Shown piece after piece: positions 38,271-51,561 of a DNA stretch of 64,000 nucleotides (position 1 is the stretch's first letter; each line of letters starts with the position of its first letter). The notes under the pieces are model-generated. The model saw only the letters and a list, made by a program, of their open reading frames with translations, searched no databases and was not told where the DNA came from. The stretch is from Ginglymostoma cirratum. Taxonomy: Eukaryota. The stretch lies in NCBI GenBank assembly GCA_024137785.1, contig JAHRHZ010000026.1:9974857-10038856 (forward strand), given 5' to 3'. A program made the position numbers and the translations under genes.

Positions 38271-39689
38271 GGTATTGGTTCTGCAACTAGAACCCTCTGG
38301 GACAGGAGGGTATGATTGAATAGGAAAACCAAAATGAGAGGGATTTGATTTTTTTTTTATTAATGCTGGTTTTTTACCTTCATTGTTCTTTCATTTTCAA
38401 ATACAGGCTATCTGATTATCCTCATTTGTGAACAGAGAGATCACATTGAGGGACTGCACATTGTAGCACCTAAGCCGACGTAACCAGTTGCTATCTTAGT
38501 CGGTACTTTCACAGTATTTCTATGCGTACAAGTGTACATTTATCCATATGTGGCTTTTAACTGTTGGGACTTTTTGTCTTAGCCTGAGTTGGTTTAAAAT
38601 CAGATTTGAGAAGCAGAAGTAGTGTACTTCATTACCTACTGTTGAGCTAGTATAGAATTTTTCAGTCAGGTATAATTGAGTGAGAAAGGAGAATATATTG
38701 CAGGATGGTGAAGTCCCTGAATGATTAAATTTAAATGGGCCTGTTGTTTGGTATCTTAGGCTGTATTTGGGACTGAAGGGGTTAATGAAGCTGGAAGTGG
38801 TGGCCATATAGGAATATTAATGAATCGATTGACACTTATTTTTGGAAATTCTCCTTGTGGAAGCATGTTGAAATAGACTAGGATTTGCTGTTCTTAGAAT
38901 TTTTGCATCAAGCCTGCTTTTTATGGCTTTGGTCATGCAGCTAGTTGTATCTTATGAGGAATGACCCTGGGAATGGAAATCCATTTGGGTTGCATCCACA
39001 TAGCTTATTGCACGCTAGTGTTTCAGGAAATTGATGCCAGGTCATGGTTTACCACAAGCACGACATGAGTCTTGCCCTCCAAGTTAGTGCGTGTTTATAA
39101 GCCCACTAAATTCTATTAGACTTTATTTTGAAATTAATGACCACCTCCTTGTGTGTTGAAAGGAACTGTTTTATTTGATAGTCTTAACATTGAGCCTGGA
39201 AGTCACAACTCAGTAATTGGTTTGAGCTTCGACTAATATCTTTGGATAGCCCGTGTAATAAAGCTGACTAGTTGTAATGTTTGAAGGTGGTCATCTACTC
39301 CTTTTCGTAAAAAAAAAAGTTGTATTTGTGAAGTATTTCTGGTAGGAAATGAGCCTAAATTGTCAGAGCAGAAGTGATGGACTCTGAATCCTGCATCCCT
39401 TTTGCAACCTTTGGATCATGTTAAGTGATCAATCAAAGAGAGGATAGTCAATCTGGCATTTTTGACAGAAGCTGAGTAATTTGGATTTTCTCAGTGTAAT
39501 GTTAAGCTGCAGGAAATCTTGACTCTTCGATTATTTAATTTCTAGAAGAATGGTGGTGGTAGTGAGTTGAAAGAAGTGTGGATAGATGAAGCTAGAAGCA
39601 GCGTGGTTATCTAGGTGATGTTACTGAAGGGTAGCCTGTAGATGGAAAAAATGGAGGCCAAGGATGAATACTTGCTAGAATTTAGCATA

Positions 39690-40250
39690 TGAAAGTACAG
39701 GAATCAGATTGTACTCTCTTTGAGCCAATTATGCCATTTATTTTGATCATGGCTGATATAAACATTGACTTGTTTATTCATTTTTGTTTCATAATGCTTG
39801 GTACTGTTACATAACAGGGATCTATTGTTCTTGGTCTTGAAATCTTAATTTGACCCCAGCATCCAGAACCTTTTGGAAGGAGAGAATTCACTGTTCCAAT
39901 GCTCCTTTTATGAAGCTATGCTTCCTGAATTGCATGACCTGAATATTTAAAATTGCCCTTGTTGCCTATGTCGTAGCAAATTGCTTTATGAATTTACCCT
40001 ATATAATTCTTCAATTTTTTAAAAAAGCTGATTGATCTCTTATCAATCTTCTCACCCTGGTCTGTGCACTCAGTCTTGTAACTTTAACCTTTCGGTCTTT
40101 GGTACTGTTCCAGTGAATCAGTGCGGTAATCCTCCAAAGTCAGTATATTCATCCTGGGGCATGACGTCCATGTTGAAAGAAATACACTTGTTGGGATCTG
40201 ACCAAAGTCCTGTTCAACTGGAACATTACATTTTTTTGTTCCAGCTGTCT
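39690..40250 (-). mobile_element. Old CR1 3' fragment
   Basis: Antisense CR1 tail (gatcatggctgat, gaccccagcatcc, gaccaaagtcctg). Confidence 0.5.
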
Positions 40251-40672
40251 TGAAATTACACCAACATTCCACAAGTCATTTCCATTTTTATCCTTTGGAA
40301 TCCCAATCTCTCTCCTCCTTTACACTTCTTTTCTCATCATTTAGAAATATTCCAGTTTATATTTTTATAATTTGGAAGCAAGTAACTTCACACTTTCTCT
40401 GCCACAGGTTTTCCTATTTATTCAGACTTGAGCGTTAGTTCAGAAAGTCGTTGACATGCAAATCAATTTACTTGATTCCTAAATGTGATATATTTAACAA
40501 TTCATATGAAGTATAGCAATTTGTTACAGTTCAATGAATTTAGTAATCTGCACTCCACTCTGAACATCCTGGTGTAACAGTTTTTATTGTATCTTGAGAG
40601 GATGCAGCTTGTCACTGAGCCCCTGTGTGGCCTAGAGTTTTGAAGTCTGTTTATATATTGGCTTAAAGTAAC

Positions 40673-40865
40673 ATACTGTGGATGCTGGAAAGCAAACACA
40701 ATGCTGGAGAAACTCAGCAGGTCTGACCGTTAATGTTTTGAGTCCAGTATGACTCCCCTTCAATTTCTCTGTAGAGTCATACTGGACTTGAAACCTCAAT
40801 TCTTGTTCCTCTCTCCATGGATGCTGACAAAACTCCTGAGTTTCTCCAACATTGTGTTTTGTTTT
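40673..40865. mobile_element. Palindromic element, subfamily B, degenerate core
   Basis: agtccagtatgactc / gagtcatactggact and cacaatgctggagaaactcag / ctgagtttctccaacattgtg inverted pairs. Confidence 0.8.
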
Positions 40866-41054
40866 ATATTTTGCATTTTGGGAGTTCAAGATAGGTTGCA
40901 ACTAATATCACAACTGGTGTGTGTATGCAAATTGCTGAATGTGACAGGACAAGTTGAGAAGACCATCCTTGGTGTCAAGTAGGGCTGCAGAGGTGGTTGT
41001 GCTAAAACTTGATAAAACACTGACTAGCCTGAGGCAGCTTGCATTTTATATTAA

Positions 41055-41190
41055 AGAAAAACAAAGTGCTGGATAGGTTTGAAACATTAACTCTTTTTCC
41101 TCTCTGCAGATGCTGCCAGATTTACTGAATTTCTGCAATGCCTTTGTTTTTGTTTCAGATCTCCAGCATCCTCAGTTCTTTGTTTTACTT
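41055..41190 (+). mobile_element. Subfamily B element, mostly right arm
   Basis: gaaacattaactct...cagatgctgccaga...ccagcatcctcagttcttt, homologous to 2161-2260. Confidence 0.7.
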
Positions 41191-42639
41191 TTGCATGTAT
41201 GTTATGTTATGTTGTTTTATGTAGTAGAATGTTCTCATTTCACAATTTGAAATTATAGGATTTAGTGAAAGATATCATGAGTTTCTGGCCCAGTATCATG
41301 GGACTACAGAACCATACATGTCAAAATGCTATGTTTGCAAGTGCTGTTAGTTTATTTATTTAATGCTGAGTTAAAATACATTCATGTTTATAGGCAGAGC
41401 CTTAATTTGTTAGAATATTTCATCGTTCTGTTGAAAGTGAAATTTTTCAGTTGTAGCGCATTCTTGCGCCAGATTCCACGAAGGATGGGAATAAATTTAA
41501 ACACCAAATATATAACGCAAAAAGTGACTGAATCAGGTTTTAATGTCACTGAGTCATATTTGGATTAAACATTAAAAATTTGGGCTACCAAGTTTGGAAC
41601 ATCTGAAAAGGCCGATAACAATACTTGATTCATGGGAGCCATTGACACTGAAATGCTAAGGGGTATTTTGAGTAAAAATGCACTAAGGCAGCTGGTCCTT
41701 TTCAGATGGCTCAAACTTCCTAGCTTGAATTTTTGATAGAGTTCAAATATGACTTGGTGACATTAAAATCCGATGGAGACACATTTTAATTTCTTTGTGT
41801 TATATGTTTGGTGTTTAAATTCATTCCCATCCTTCCTGGAATCTGCCTCTTGACCACAAGGTGCTTGATACTTACTGTTATGGTTCAGGCTTGGCCAGCC
41901 ATGAGAAGTGCCCTTTGTTTTGAGGGAATGTGTACGGTGAAATGGTTTTTGGCAATACAAGCTCACATGCTTAAGGTGAAAAGATTTGACTTTTCATTGC
42001 TGTTGCACCCACAATGTCTGGCAAACTCAAAAGACTTGAATTCGTAGATCTAAAATGAATGTGTATCATGTTGCCATTATGTGTTTTCAACGCTGTTGAT
42101 CTTCACATTCCCTGTTGTCACCAGCAGACCTTGTCCTTGAGAAAAAGTAGTGATGTCTGTTGTTAAAAGTATCTCCATTATGGCTCGGAAACCAGCTGAT
42201 CCATTGAATTTCCATATGATCGACCTCTGCAATCCCTCGTACATCTTTATTTCACCATCCTAGGGAACTATAAAAGTAAAGGTTGGTATGCTGTGCACGG
42301 TGATGATAAGAATCTGAGAAGGGCAGCTTAATAGGGGCAGTAGCCTACATGATTCAAGTTGTTTTTTTCCCCGTGAATACTGTGTGGCAGTGGTTGATGT
42401 TTTGGAGATGGGCATCATGTACAGAATGAATATCAAAATTTCTATTTATAAGCCCCTTAGTTGCATTTGTCTCTGAGCTGAAATAGATGCTGGCTTTAAT
42501 TCTTTAAGAAAGTTAAACACCAGGACTTAATTGAATTTAACTGGAATTGGTGTTCCAAATTTAGAGAGTTTTAATTTCAGAAGACCTTCTTTAATAACTA
42601 CACTCCTAAACACTTGCAGATTACAAGGAGCATTTTGAC

Positions 42640-43810
42640 AATCGTATCCATGTTCATCAACAAAGATCTGATTACTCTGCCATTTTTCAACTTCTGCCCC
42701 ATAGCCCTGGAGGCTGTGGCAATGCAAATGAATGTTTAAATACTATTTAACTGTTGAGAGTTTCTGACTTCAGGTGGAAATGTCCAGACTCCTTCCCACC
42801 CTGTGAAAAATAATTCTCAAGTCTCCTTTTAGCCTTCTGCCTTTTACCTTTAAACCCATGTCCCCTGATTGTTAAACTCCTCTACTGATGGAAACTGTGC
42901 CTTCTATCCACCCTAATTAATCCCCAATCAATCTTACACACCTGTTAGGTTCCCTCTCAACCTTTGCAGCTCCAAGCAAAACAACCTCAGCCTGTGCACA
43001 GTCAGATCCTTCCTATAGTGTAGAGACCAGAACTGCTGTCGGGTTAGCTCATAACTGGAATACCGTTTCAAACATTGCAGCATAACCACCTTGCTGTTGT
43101 GTTCGGTGCCTTGGCTAAAAATGGCTGGTGTTCCATTTGCCTCGTTAACCACATCTACCTGCCTTTGTCTGTGAATAAGCTTATCAAAGTCCTCCTGACC
43201 TTGAGTATTTTTCAGGATCTTGCCATTCATCGTGTAATCCCTTGCCTTGTTTGCACTGCACAAGGGCATTACCTCATTTTTCTGTGAATTCCTTTGTCAC
43301 TACTTGGTCCAGCTGACCAATCCATTGGCAAACTTCAGAAAGATATCAATGTTCTTGCTATTTATTTACCATCCTACCAATTTTATCATCTGTGAATTTA
43401 TCATTTCCACTACATTTTAAGTCCAGATCATTTCACTACACCCAGAGCCGGACCCTGCAAAACCCCAATGTGGAAGCTGACTTCCAGCCGCTCAACCAAT
43501 TTTATATCCACTGTGGCAAATTGACTTGAAGCCTGTGGGCTTTCTTGGCTGGTCTTCTATGAGCAGCTTCATTGAAAACCTTGCTAAAGTCCATGTGGAT
43601 AGGATTTACATGCATTGGTTCTCATTATCACTCCTGGTTATCTTCCTGTCTGACAATCCCTCACTGATCCATGCTGACTATCCCCCATTAATCTGTGTCT
43701 CCAAATGCAGCCATATTCTGCCCTTCAGAATTCTTTCGAATTACTTCACTACTGAAGTTAGCCTGGCCTGTAATTTCCTGGTCTATTTCTTCCTTCCCCT
43801 TTTTAGTTAT
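42640..43810 (-). mobile_element. CR1 LINE fragment
   Basis: ORF 42934..43269(-) retains QFWSLHYRKD...LRLFCLELQRLRGNL (CR1 QFWSPHYRKD / LFSLE.RRLRGDL). Confidence 0.8.
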
Positions 43811-45164
43811 GAGAAATCCTGAATGTTTTGTACTAAATTCTCCAAGGTCCAGGAACTGTATTCCAAGCTAGTAAAGCAAAGAATATGATCTGCTTATTTA
43901 TACATGCGTGGTGTTATACTTCACTGTGGTAATGCAGTGTTAATTGAGAGCCCCACTATTCCCAGGGTGATCCCAAAAAGTTAGATTTTAAAAAGAGCAG
44001 AATTCCTGAATTTTCCCCTGGACCAGCATAGACCATGTTTGTGTGTTTTAACAAGAATTTACTATTTATTACAAATAGTAACTATATAGATGAACATTGT
44101 TGAGGCATCGACACATAACTCTACTAGTTAAAATTCTGACCCACTTAGGCTGCCACTCAAGACACATACAGAACATAGAACATAATATAAATCAGGCCCT
44201 TCGGCCAACAGTGTCTGTACTGACCATGTGGCTATTCTAAACTAATCCCATCTGCTTGACACAACAGAAAAATGGATATTATGTAAGAGGGAAAGACTGG
44301 TTGTTCAATGGTCCCTGTCTACAGGGTTTGTTGAGATGATCTTTTTGCTGCTCAGCGCTGCTTCTCGATCATTTTTTCTTTCCGTCCCTTCCTTTTTTCT
44401 TTCTGTCCCCCTCCTGCTTGTACTTGTTTGCAGGATGAATGGGGTGATTGGCGTGCAGTTAATAAGGTTTCTGACTTATTAGTTAAAGACTACATTTGCT
44501 GATACCAGTGCATATGCACTATGCTTCACTTTAATTCTCACATGCTGTCCTGCTCCTCCCCACCCCCCAAAAATCCAGTCCTGTCCCTGTGTCCAAGGTA
44601 ACATGTATCCCTTCCCTGCACGTACCCTGTGCAAATGATGTAAATTTTGCATGATGATATATTGGAATGATGTTTTGTATACATGCTTGTTTCCAGGTTA
44701 GGGCACATATACAGTTGCAGGTGTCAGCAGACATGGCCTTGATTAAAGGCTTGCAGCAACTGACAAGGGAAAATAAACTACTTTAAGGCTTGAGATGCTT
44801 TTTACTGCAGGTAAAAAACAGATTCCTTTCCAAAGTTCTGATGGCTTACAACTTGTGTATTCACATTCCCAAGCTGCTCAGCCAGCTGGGAGCCAATCTC
44901 AGTCGTTGGCACGCAAGCACAAGGCCCCTGCCATTGATAACTGGTTATCATTTCACAGACCAGTCAGCTACTTGTTACTGGTTAGATCTCCATTTGTGCA
45001 GAGCACCCTCCTGGCTCCAGCTAGTTTGTAACTAGGCTTTCCCCACTGCCTGAACCAACTGCTTTGTAAACAGCATTTATAATAAGTGTTAGGTAACTTG
45101 CATTTTAAAAAGGGCAATAACGCTTCAGCAGTACTTGGCTTTCAAAACAGTTCTTTCCCATTTC

Positions 45165-46560
45165 AGTCGTAGAGTCAGTTGTACAGCATGGAAATAGACC
45201 CTTTGGTCCAACACATCCATGCTGACCAGATATCCAAAATTTATCTAGTCCCATTTGCCAGCATTTGGCCCATATCCCTCTCAACCCTTCGTATTCATAT
45301 TCCCATCCGGATGCCTTTTAAGTGTTGTAACTGTAACAGCCTTCACCACTTCCTCTGGCAGCTCATTCCATATTACACATCAGCCTCAGCATGAAAAAGT
45401 TCCCCCATGGTCCCTTTTTAAATCTTTCCCTCCTCACCTTAAACCTGTGCCCTCTAGTTTTGGACTCCCCCATCCCAGGAAATAGACCTTGGCTTTGGAC
45501 ATTATCCATGCCCCTCATGATTTGATAAACCTCTGTGATCACCCCTCTGCCTCCGACACTCCAGGGAAAATAATCCCAGCCTATTCACTCTTCTCCCTAT
45601 AGCTCAAACTCTCCAACCCTGGCAATATCCTTGTAAATTTTTTCTGCACCCTTTCAAGTTTAACAATATCCTTCCTGTAGTAGGGAGATAGGAAGCGAAC
45701 ACAGTATTCCAAAAGTGGTCTAACCAATGTCCTGCCCAGCTGCAACTTGACCTTCCAGCTCCTATACTCAATGCACTGACCAATAAAGGCACACACCGCT
45801 TTCACTATCCTGTCTACCTGTGACTCCACTTTCAAGGAACTGTGAACCTGTACTCCAAGGTCTGTTTGTTCAGCAACACTTCCTCAGACCTTACCATAAA
45901 GTGTATAAGTCCTGCCCTGATTTGCCTTTCCAGTATGCAGCACCTCACATTTATCTAAATTAAACTCCATCTGCCACTCCTAGGCCCATTGGCCCACCTG
46001 ATCAAGATCCCATTGTACTCTGAGGTAACCTTTGCTGTCCACTACAATTATTGGGTGTGACCTGCAAACTTACTAACCACAGCTCCTACGTTCACATCCA
46101 AAACACTATATAAATGACAAAAATCAGTGGACCCAGCACTGATCCTTGTGGGCACTGCTGATCACAGGTCTCCAGTCTGAAAAGCAACCCTCCATCACCA
46201 CCCGCTGTCTCCTATCTTCAAGCCAGTCCTGTATGCAAATGGCCAGTTCTCCCTGTATTCAATGTGATCTAACCTTGCCAACCAGCGTACCATGAGGAAC
46301 CTTGTTAAACGCCACATTGAAGTCCATATTTATCACTCCCACTGTTCTGCTTTCATTAATCCTATTTGTTACTACTTCAAAAAACTCAGTCAAGTTAATT
46401 AGACATGATTTCCTAAGCACAAAGCCATGTTGACTATCCCTAACCATCCTTGTCTTTCCAAATACATGTAAATCCTATCCCTCAGAATTCCCTCCAGCAT
46501 CTTCCCCACTACTGATGTCAGGCTTATGGATCTGTAATTCCCTGGCATTTTCTTACCTTA
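45165..46560 (-). mobile_element. Relatively young 5'-truncated CR1 (HER1-like) LINE
   Basis: ORF 46259..46447(-) SQHGFVLRKSCLINLTEFFE...DF..AF.KVPH and ORF 45581..45835(-) TLVRPLLEYCVRFLSPYYRKDIVKLERVQKKFTR. Confidence 0.92.
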
Positions 46561-47954
46561 CTACTTAAATAGTCCACAATCAAAAATACAGAAAACACGT
46601 AGATGTGGTCTTTGCAATGTCTGCATTGATACTTTAATGTGTGCATGCATGCAGCCATAGTAGATCAGTTAGATTGCTCCCTTGTCATGCATCTAAAGTG
46701 ATACGGAGTGTAAACTCTACTCTGAACTGGTACAAGTTGAATACATTGGAAAGTTTTTTGTTCTCTCTTTTCTTGGTGCCATGAGCATGGACGACTTCTG
46801 TTCCCTGCATTAATCGGAGATCTGTTGGAAGTTGTACTTCTCTGTGCATATGAACTTCTCATTTACATGTCTCGGCCATTGGTCACTCATCACCAAGGGG
46901 CAGATTATATGATTGGAGTACTTACACCATATGATCACACATAGGCACTATTGTATTGGAAATTGGCACAGCTGTTTCTGGCTATTGCAGCAATCATGTG
47001 AATGCCCCTAACTACCAGCGCAGGAGCACTGCCTTTTAAGTATTTCAAATTGTGCTGCAATTGTGGAAATGATCCTGCTGATCTGCTACAGCTGAGCTGC
47101 AGGTATAACATACTTTTAAAGATGAATACTCGTTATGTAACATTTGAATGCAGAGCAATGGTTTCAATTTCCTTGTTTCCCTCAATGTTTTACTTATTGA
47201 AAACAACTAAAAAGCTGCTGTGTAGAGAGCCATTGTTGGGTTCCTGCTGCACACAGGGTTTTGTAAAAAACGCATTGTTTTCTTTTTAAAAATACTCTAT
47301 TGTTCTTGTGGAGTAGTGAGCTGTAAATAGTTCGGCCCTTTCTCTTAAGGCACACATGCCTTGGAGACAGAGCAAATAGTCACTTTGTAATTATACTGGG
47401 GACAAGAACATTCACGTGTTGCTATCGTTTTGCTATTTTAAAATCCTTCTAGGTCAAAGTGCTTTTGAACTGCTTAGACTGCACAGTGTTTTCAGTTCCT
47501 CTATCAGAGGGTGACTAACTCATTCAGGATGCATGGGAATGTTCTGTAAAAAGTATGTTTATCTCCTCTTCAGCCTGGCTACCTACATCATAAATGGTGT
47601 TTGTTCAGTGGGGCTGTGAAACAACTGCTTGAGGCAGGGGGACACTGCCAAGGGGTTCACTGTTGACATATGGGTGGGTGAGGTAATGGATCTTTACTGA
47701 AACTAATTAGCTGCAAAGGTTTTGCAGTTTGCTGTCTTCATCCAGATAACGTTTTCACCAATGTTATACGTACAAACTTTGTGATTTGAGCATGGTGAGG
47801 AGTGAAGTATTTTAAGTGTTTTTCTTTGTAGGTGCTTTTTCATATATGCATTTTACTTTACAGATTCGGGGTTTTCTAAGGTCAACAGAATTGACACCTA
47901 GTAGAAATTGCAGTAGTGAATTAGCATTAGGCACTAAACTTGTAGTTTACCAAA

Positions 47955-49050
47955 TGAACAGGAGTAGGTCAATTGGCCCTTTGAGCCTACTCCTGCCACT
48001 CGATAAGATCATGGCTGATATTTTAACCTCGACTCTAAATTTCCCCAATAATCCTTCATCCCTTTTTGGTAATCAAGAATCTATCTACTGCTGCAAGAAA
48101 AAGTATGTTTAAAGGTTTATGCATTCACCGCTTTTTGGGGAAGTGAATTTCAATGCCACTCGACCCTCAAAACATTGTTCCTCCTCTGTCTTATATGGGC
48201 AACCCCTTATTTTTAAACTTGACCTCTAGTTCTAGATTCTCAAAAGGAAATATTCTTTCAGTATCTAATATGGTCAAGTCCCCGCAGGGTTGTATACGTT
48301 TCATTTAAGTCACCTCTGATTCTTCTGAGTTCTAGAGGATACAGGCCCAGCCTGTCCAGCCTTTCCTCATAAGGCAATCAGCTTATTCCTGGCTTTACTC
48401 CAGTAAACTCTCTCTGAACTGCTTCCAGCGTATTAATATTCTTCTGTGAGCACAGTGACCAGTACTACACAGTGCTGTAGATGCAGTTTTACTATGCCCT
48501 GTATTGATGAAACATAACCTACGTACTCTTGCATTCAATTCCCTTCTCAATAAGCCATTGCATCCTATTAGCTTTCCTGATTATTTACTGTTCCTGCATA
48601 TAACCACCTGCAATTCATGCATTAGGATATCCAGAGCTCTCTGCATCTGGTTGCAACCTCTAACCATTGAGATAACATGCTTTTTAAAATTCTTTCTGCC
48701 AAAATGGATAATTTCACATTTCCCCCACATTGTACTCCATTTGCCAGGTCTTTGCCTACTTGCTTAAGGAGCCTTTGGAGGGATATGGATCGGTTATGTC
48801 CTCCTCACAACTCATTTCCCTGCCTATCTTTGTATCATCAGCAAATTTAGCTGCCATGCATTTGGTCCCTTCATACAAGTCACTTATAAATTGTAAAGTT
48901 CAGGCCCTGGTAATGACCCCATGACACACCACTCGTGATGTACTGCTAGCCCATATATTCTTGCTAGCCATCTAGTACGCACACACGCACCCCTTTTATT
49001 TGCTACCATCTTTGAGGTATGTATCGGATGCCTTCTGGAAATTTCCATTG
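47955..49050 (-). mobile_element. CR1 LINE fragment
   Basis: Antisense tail aggagtaggtcaattggccct; tcatcagcaaattt is KFADD on the minus strand. Confidence 0.8.
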
Positions 49051-51379
49051 GTTTCCTTTGCACACGGCACAAGTTACTACTTGAAAGAAAGTTAGTTTTA
49101 TCAATGGGAAATCATGTTTAACTATGTTGGATCTGTCTCTTGTCTGGTTATGTTGATCAGGATCTCTGCAACGTAACATGGAAGTTGACCAAGAACTTCA
49201 CAGTAGACTCTGTCTTAACTATTGACAGCAACCTGAACCTACAGAGGAATTTGCTTTTAAGTTGAGCTACCTGAAATGATTCAACATATTAAGTGCTTTT
49301 GCAATAAAAGCTTCCCTTTTTTTTTGTAGCCTCAGTTTGTTCAGTTGCTAAAGAATATTATTGTCAAAGCACAAGTATTGAAGGTTACATGAAAGTTCTG
49401 AATATAAATAGATTATCAGAGTACACCTGTTACAAAAGTTCAGAGAAATGTCAAAATTCAAATGTTTTGTTTTTCTCTGCAAAGACTCTACGGAACTGAA
49501 TTAGAACCTTTATGCACTTGTCAATTATTTTTGAAAATAAAAAACCTTGTGCACTTCAGGAAGTGACATTTAGGATTTGTGCCCTGTTAGGCCATTGTTC
49601 ATTGAAGAACGTTGTATCATTTAGTTGTGTTGGGAGGGGATGGTTTTAATATTCTCAAATAGATGGGTCAACTTCAAAGTGAGAAGAAAGAATAGAGGTT
49701 GCAGAAAACGGCTGGCACCCTGCTTTTCGTCTAGTTTCCTTTGGCATGGAGTTTGCATTTGAAACACTAGCTCCATTTTTAAAATCACCAGACCACCACT
49801 TTGTGAAGCTTATGATCATTTGCAGTTTGTGGAGAGGAAAAAAATTCTATTCCATTTTCTGCAAAGACAGTGACTGATCTCCCAGCTGACAGCTTGTAGT
49901 TGCAAATCTGGGCCCTTCCACTTTTGCTGTTTGAAGCCCAATTCCCGTGGGAGAGTCGATCCGTTTAGGAGTCTTTGTCACAGTGTTGATGACGTTACAC
50001 ATGGTGATAACACATCAAGGCTGACTTGTTCCTTTTGAAAGTGATATCTTGGATTTAATTATTGTATTTCACACCTAATTCTCTTGTGTTCTGTTAATAA
50101 AAATTGTTTTGTTGTACTCGATGAGAGGTGTTGGTGTTAGGGAGGCAACACTTTCCATTTCAGGCAGTCAGTGTCTGCTTCAAATGCTTCGCAATGAGAT
50201 GCTGAATGAACCTTTCTGGGCTTAGATGTGAGTGCTGTCTGTTGTGCCATTCTGGCAGTTTAATCTGTTTCTCTGCACCAACCAACCTTTTTGTAGCTCT
50301 TTTGAGGACAAGATTGTCAGTTAGGAGCAGTATAATGCTGTAGGCCACCTCGACTGAACAGAGCCTGACATGTTGAAACTGGACTAAACTTGAGAAGCAA
50401 GCAATTGGCACTCAAACTATCAGACTGAAGAGAGAAGAGACAATATCTTGTAACTATATGTTCATATCAAATTCAAACTTCCTATCAGTTGGCCTCACTG
50501 ATCTGCATCCGTTTTTAATCAGATGGCTTTGTTAATCAAGGTTCAGTGGAATTGGGGTCAGGGAGGTGAGGGGGTGGGAGGTTATGGAGATATGGTCTTT
50601 ACACTGATACTGTGTAAAATTTGGGTGATGACGGCATATGAAGTTATTTATTGATGGAGATGCATTAAACCAGATTCATGAGTTGCTTTGTGTGATTTGC
50701 CAGCATACTGTATGCCTGGGTTAGGGTGGCAGCATTCACTTTTTACCTTCTGAGTTTGCAACAGTGGCAAGAGTGACCAAGTGCGTAGAACATGTCAGGG
50801 AGAAATGAGCACATTGTGACATCAGTTCAACACATTAGACTCCATGGAGTAATCAGCATTCATTCATCAGGTCAGAGCCTGAAATAAAACTGGGCAGGAT
50901 TTCAAAAGAAAGCTCAAGGCTTTTGTTCGGGAGCCAGCCAGGAGTGTGAGATTCAGTGTGAAATACTTGGACAGCTTCCAGTATTTTGATGGTAATGGCA
51001 GATGGGCAATAAATCGAAAGCACATGGAAAGCACGTGAGACAAACCAATCCTCTCATTCTGTTATTGTTTACAAATGTAAATATTGGCTGAGCTCTGAGC
51101 ACAGACAGGATGGGAATGCTAGCGTCTCATGAATAAGAAGCTCTTTGAGCTTGCACTGCAGTCACTACTGATCAGTATTGGGATTGGGTCACAGGAACAA
51201 TTCTAATTTTAATTGGGCATTTTACTGAACTGCAAGTATAGGAATTGTTTTCTCAAAGTCATTGGCTTTTGTTCAGTGATATAACTTGCGCATAATGGAA
51301 CATTTATGAATAGGGCTTATTAAATGATAGATTTCCTCCTTGCTCCTTTAAGTTCTATATCCTTTGACATGAATACCCT

Positions 51380-51561
51380 ATAAAAACTGAAAGAACTGTG
51401 GATGCTGTAGATCAGAAATAAAAACAAATTGCTGGAAAAGCTCAGCAGGTCTGATAGCTGTGAAGAGAAATCAAGGTTAACATTCCAGGTCACCGGAACT
51501 GATTTCTCTTCACAGGTGCCGTTGGATCTGCTGAGCTTTTCCAGCAATTTCAGTTTGTGAT
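51380..51561. mobile_element. Palindromic element, subfamily B, core deleted, with TSD
   Basis: aaattgctggaaaagctcagcag / ctgctgagcttttccagcaattt perfect inverted arms. TSD atgaataccct (51369-79) and atgaacaccct (51562-72). Confidence 0.85.

Noticed and set aside
43920-45150. Possible LTR or other unclassified repeat
   Set aside because: No paired LTR, TSD, PBS or coding motif could be identified by eye.
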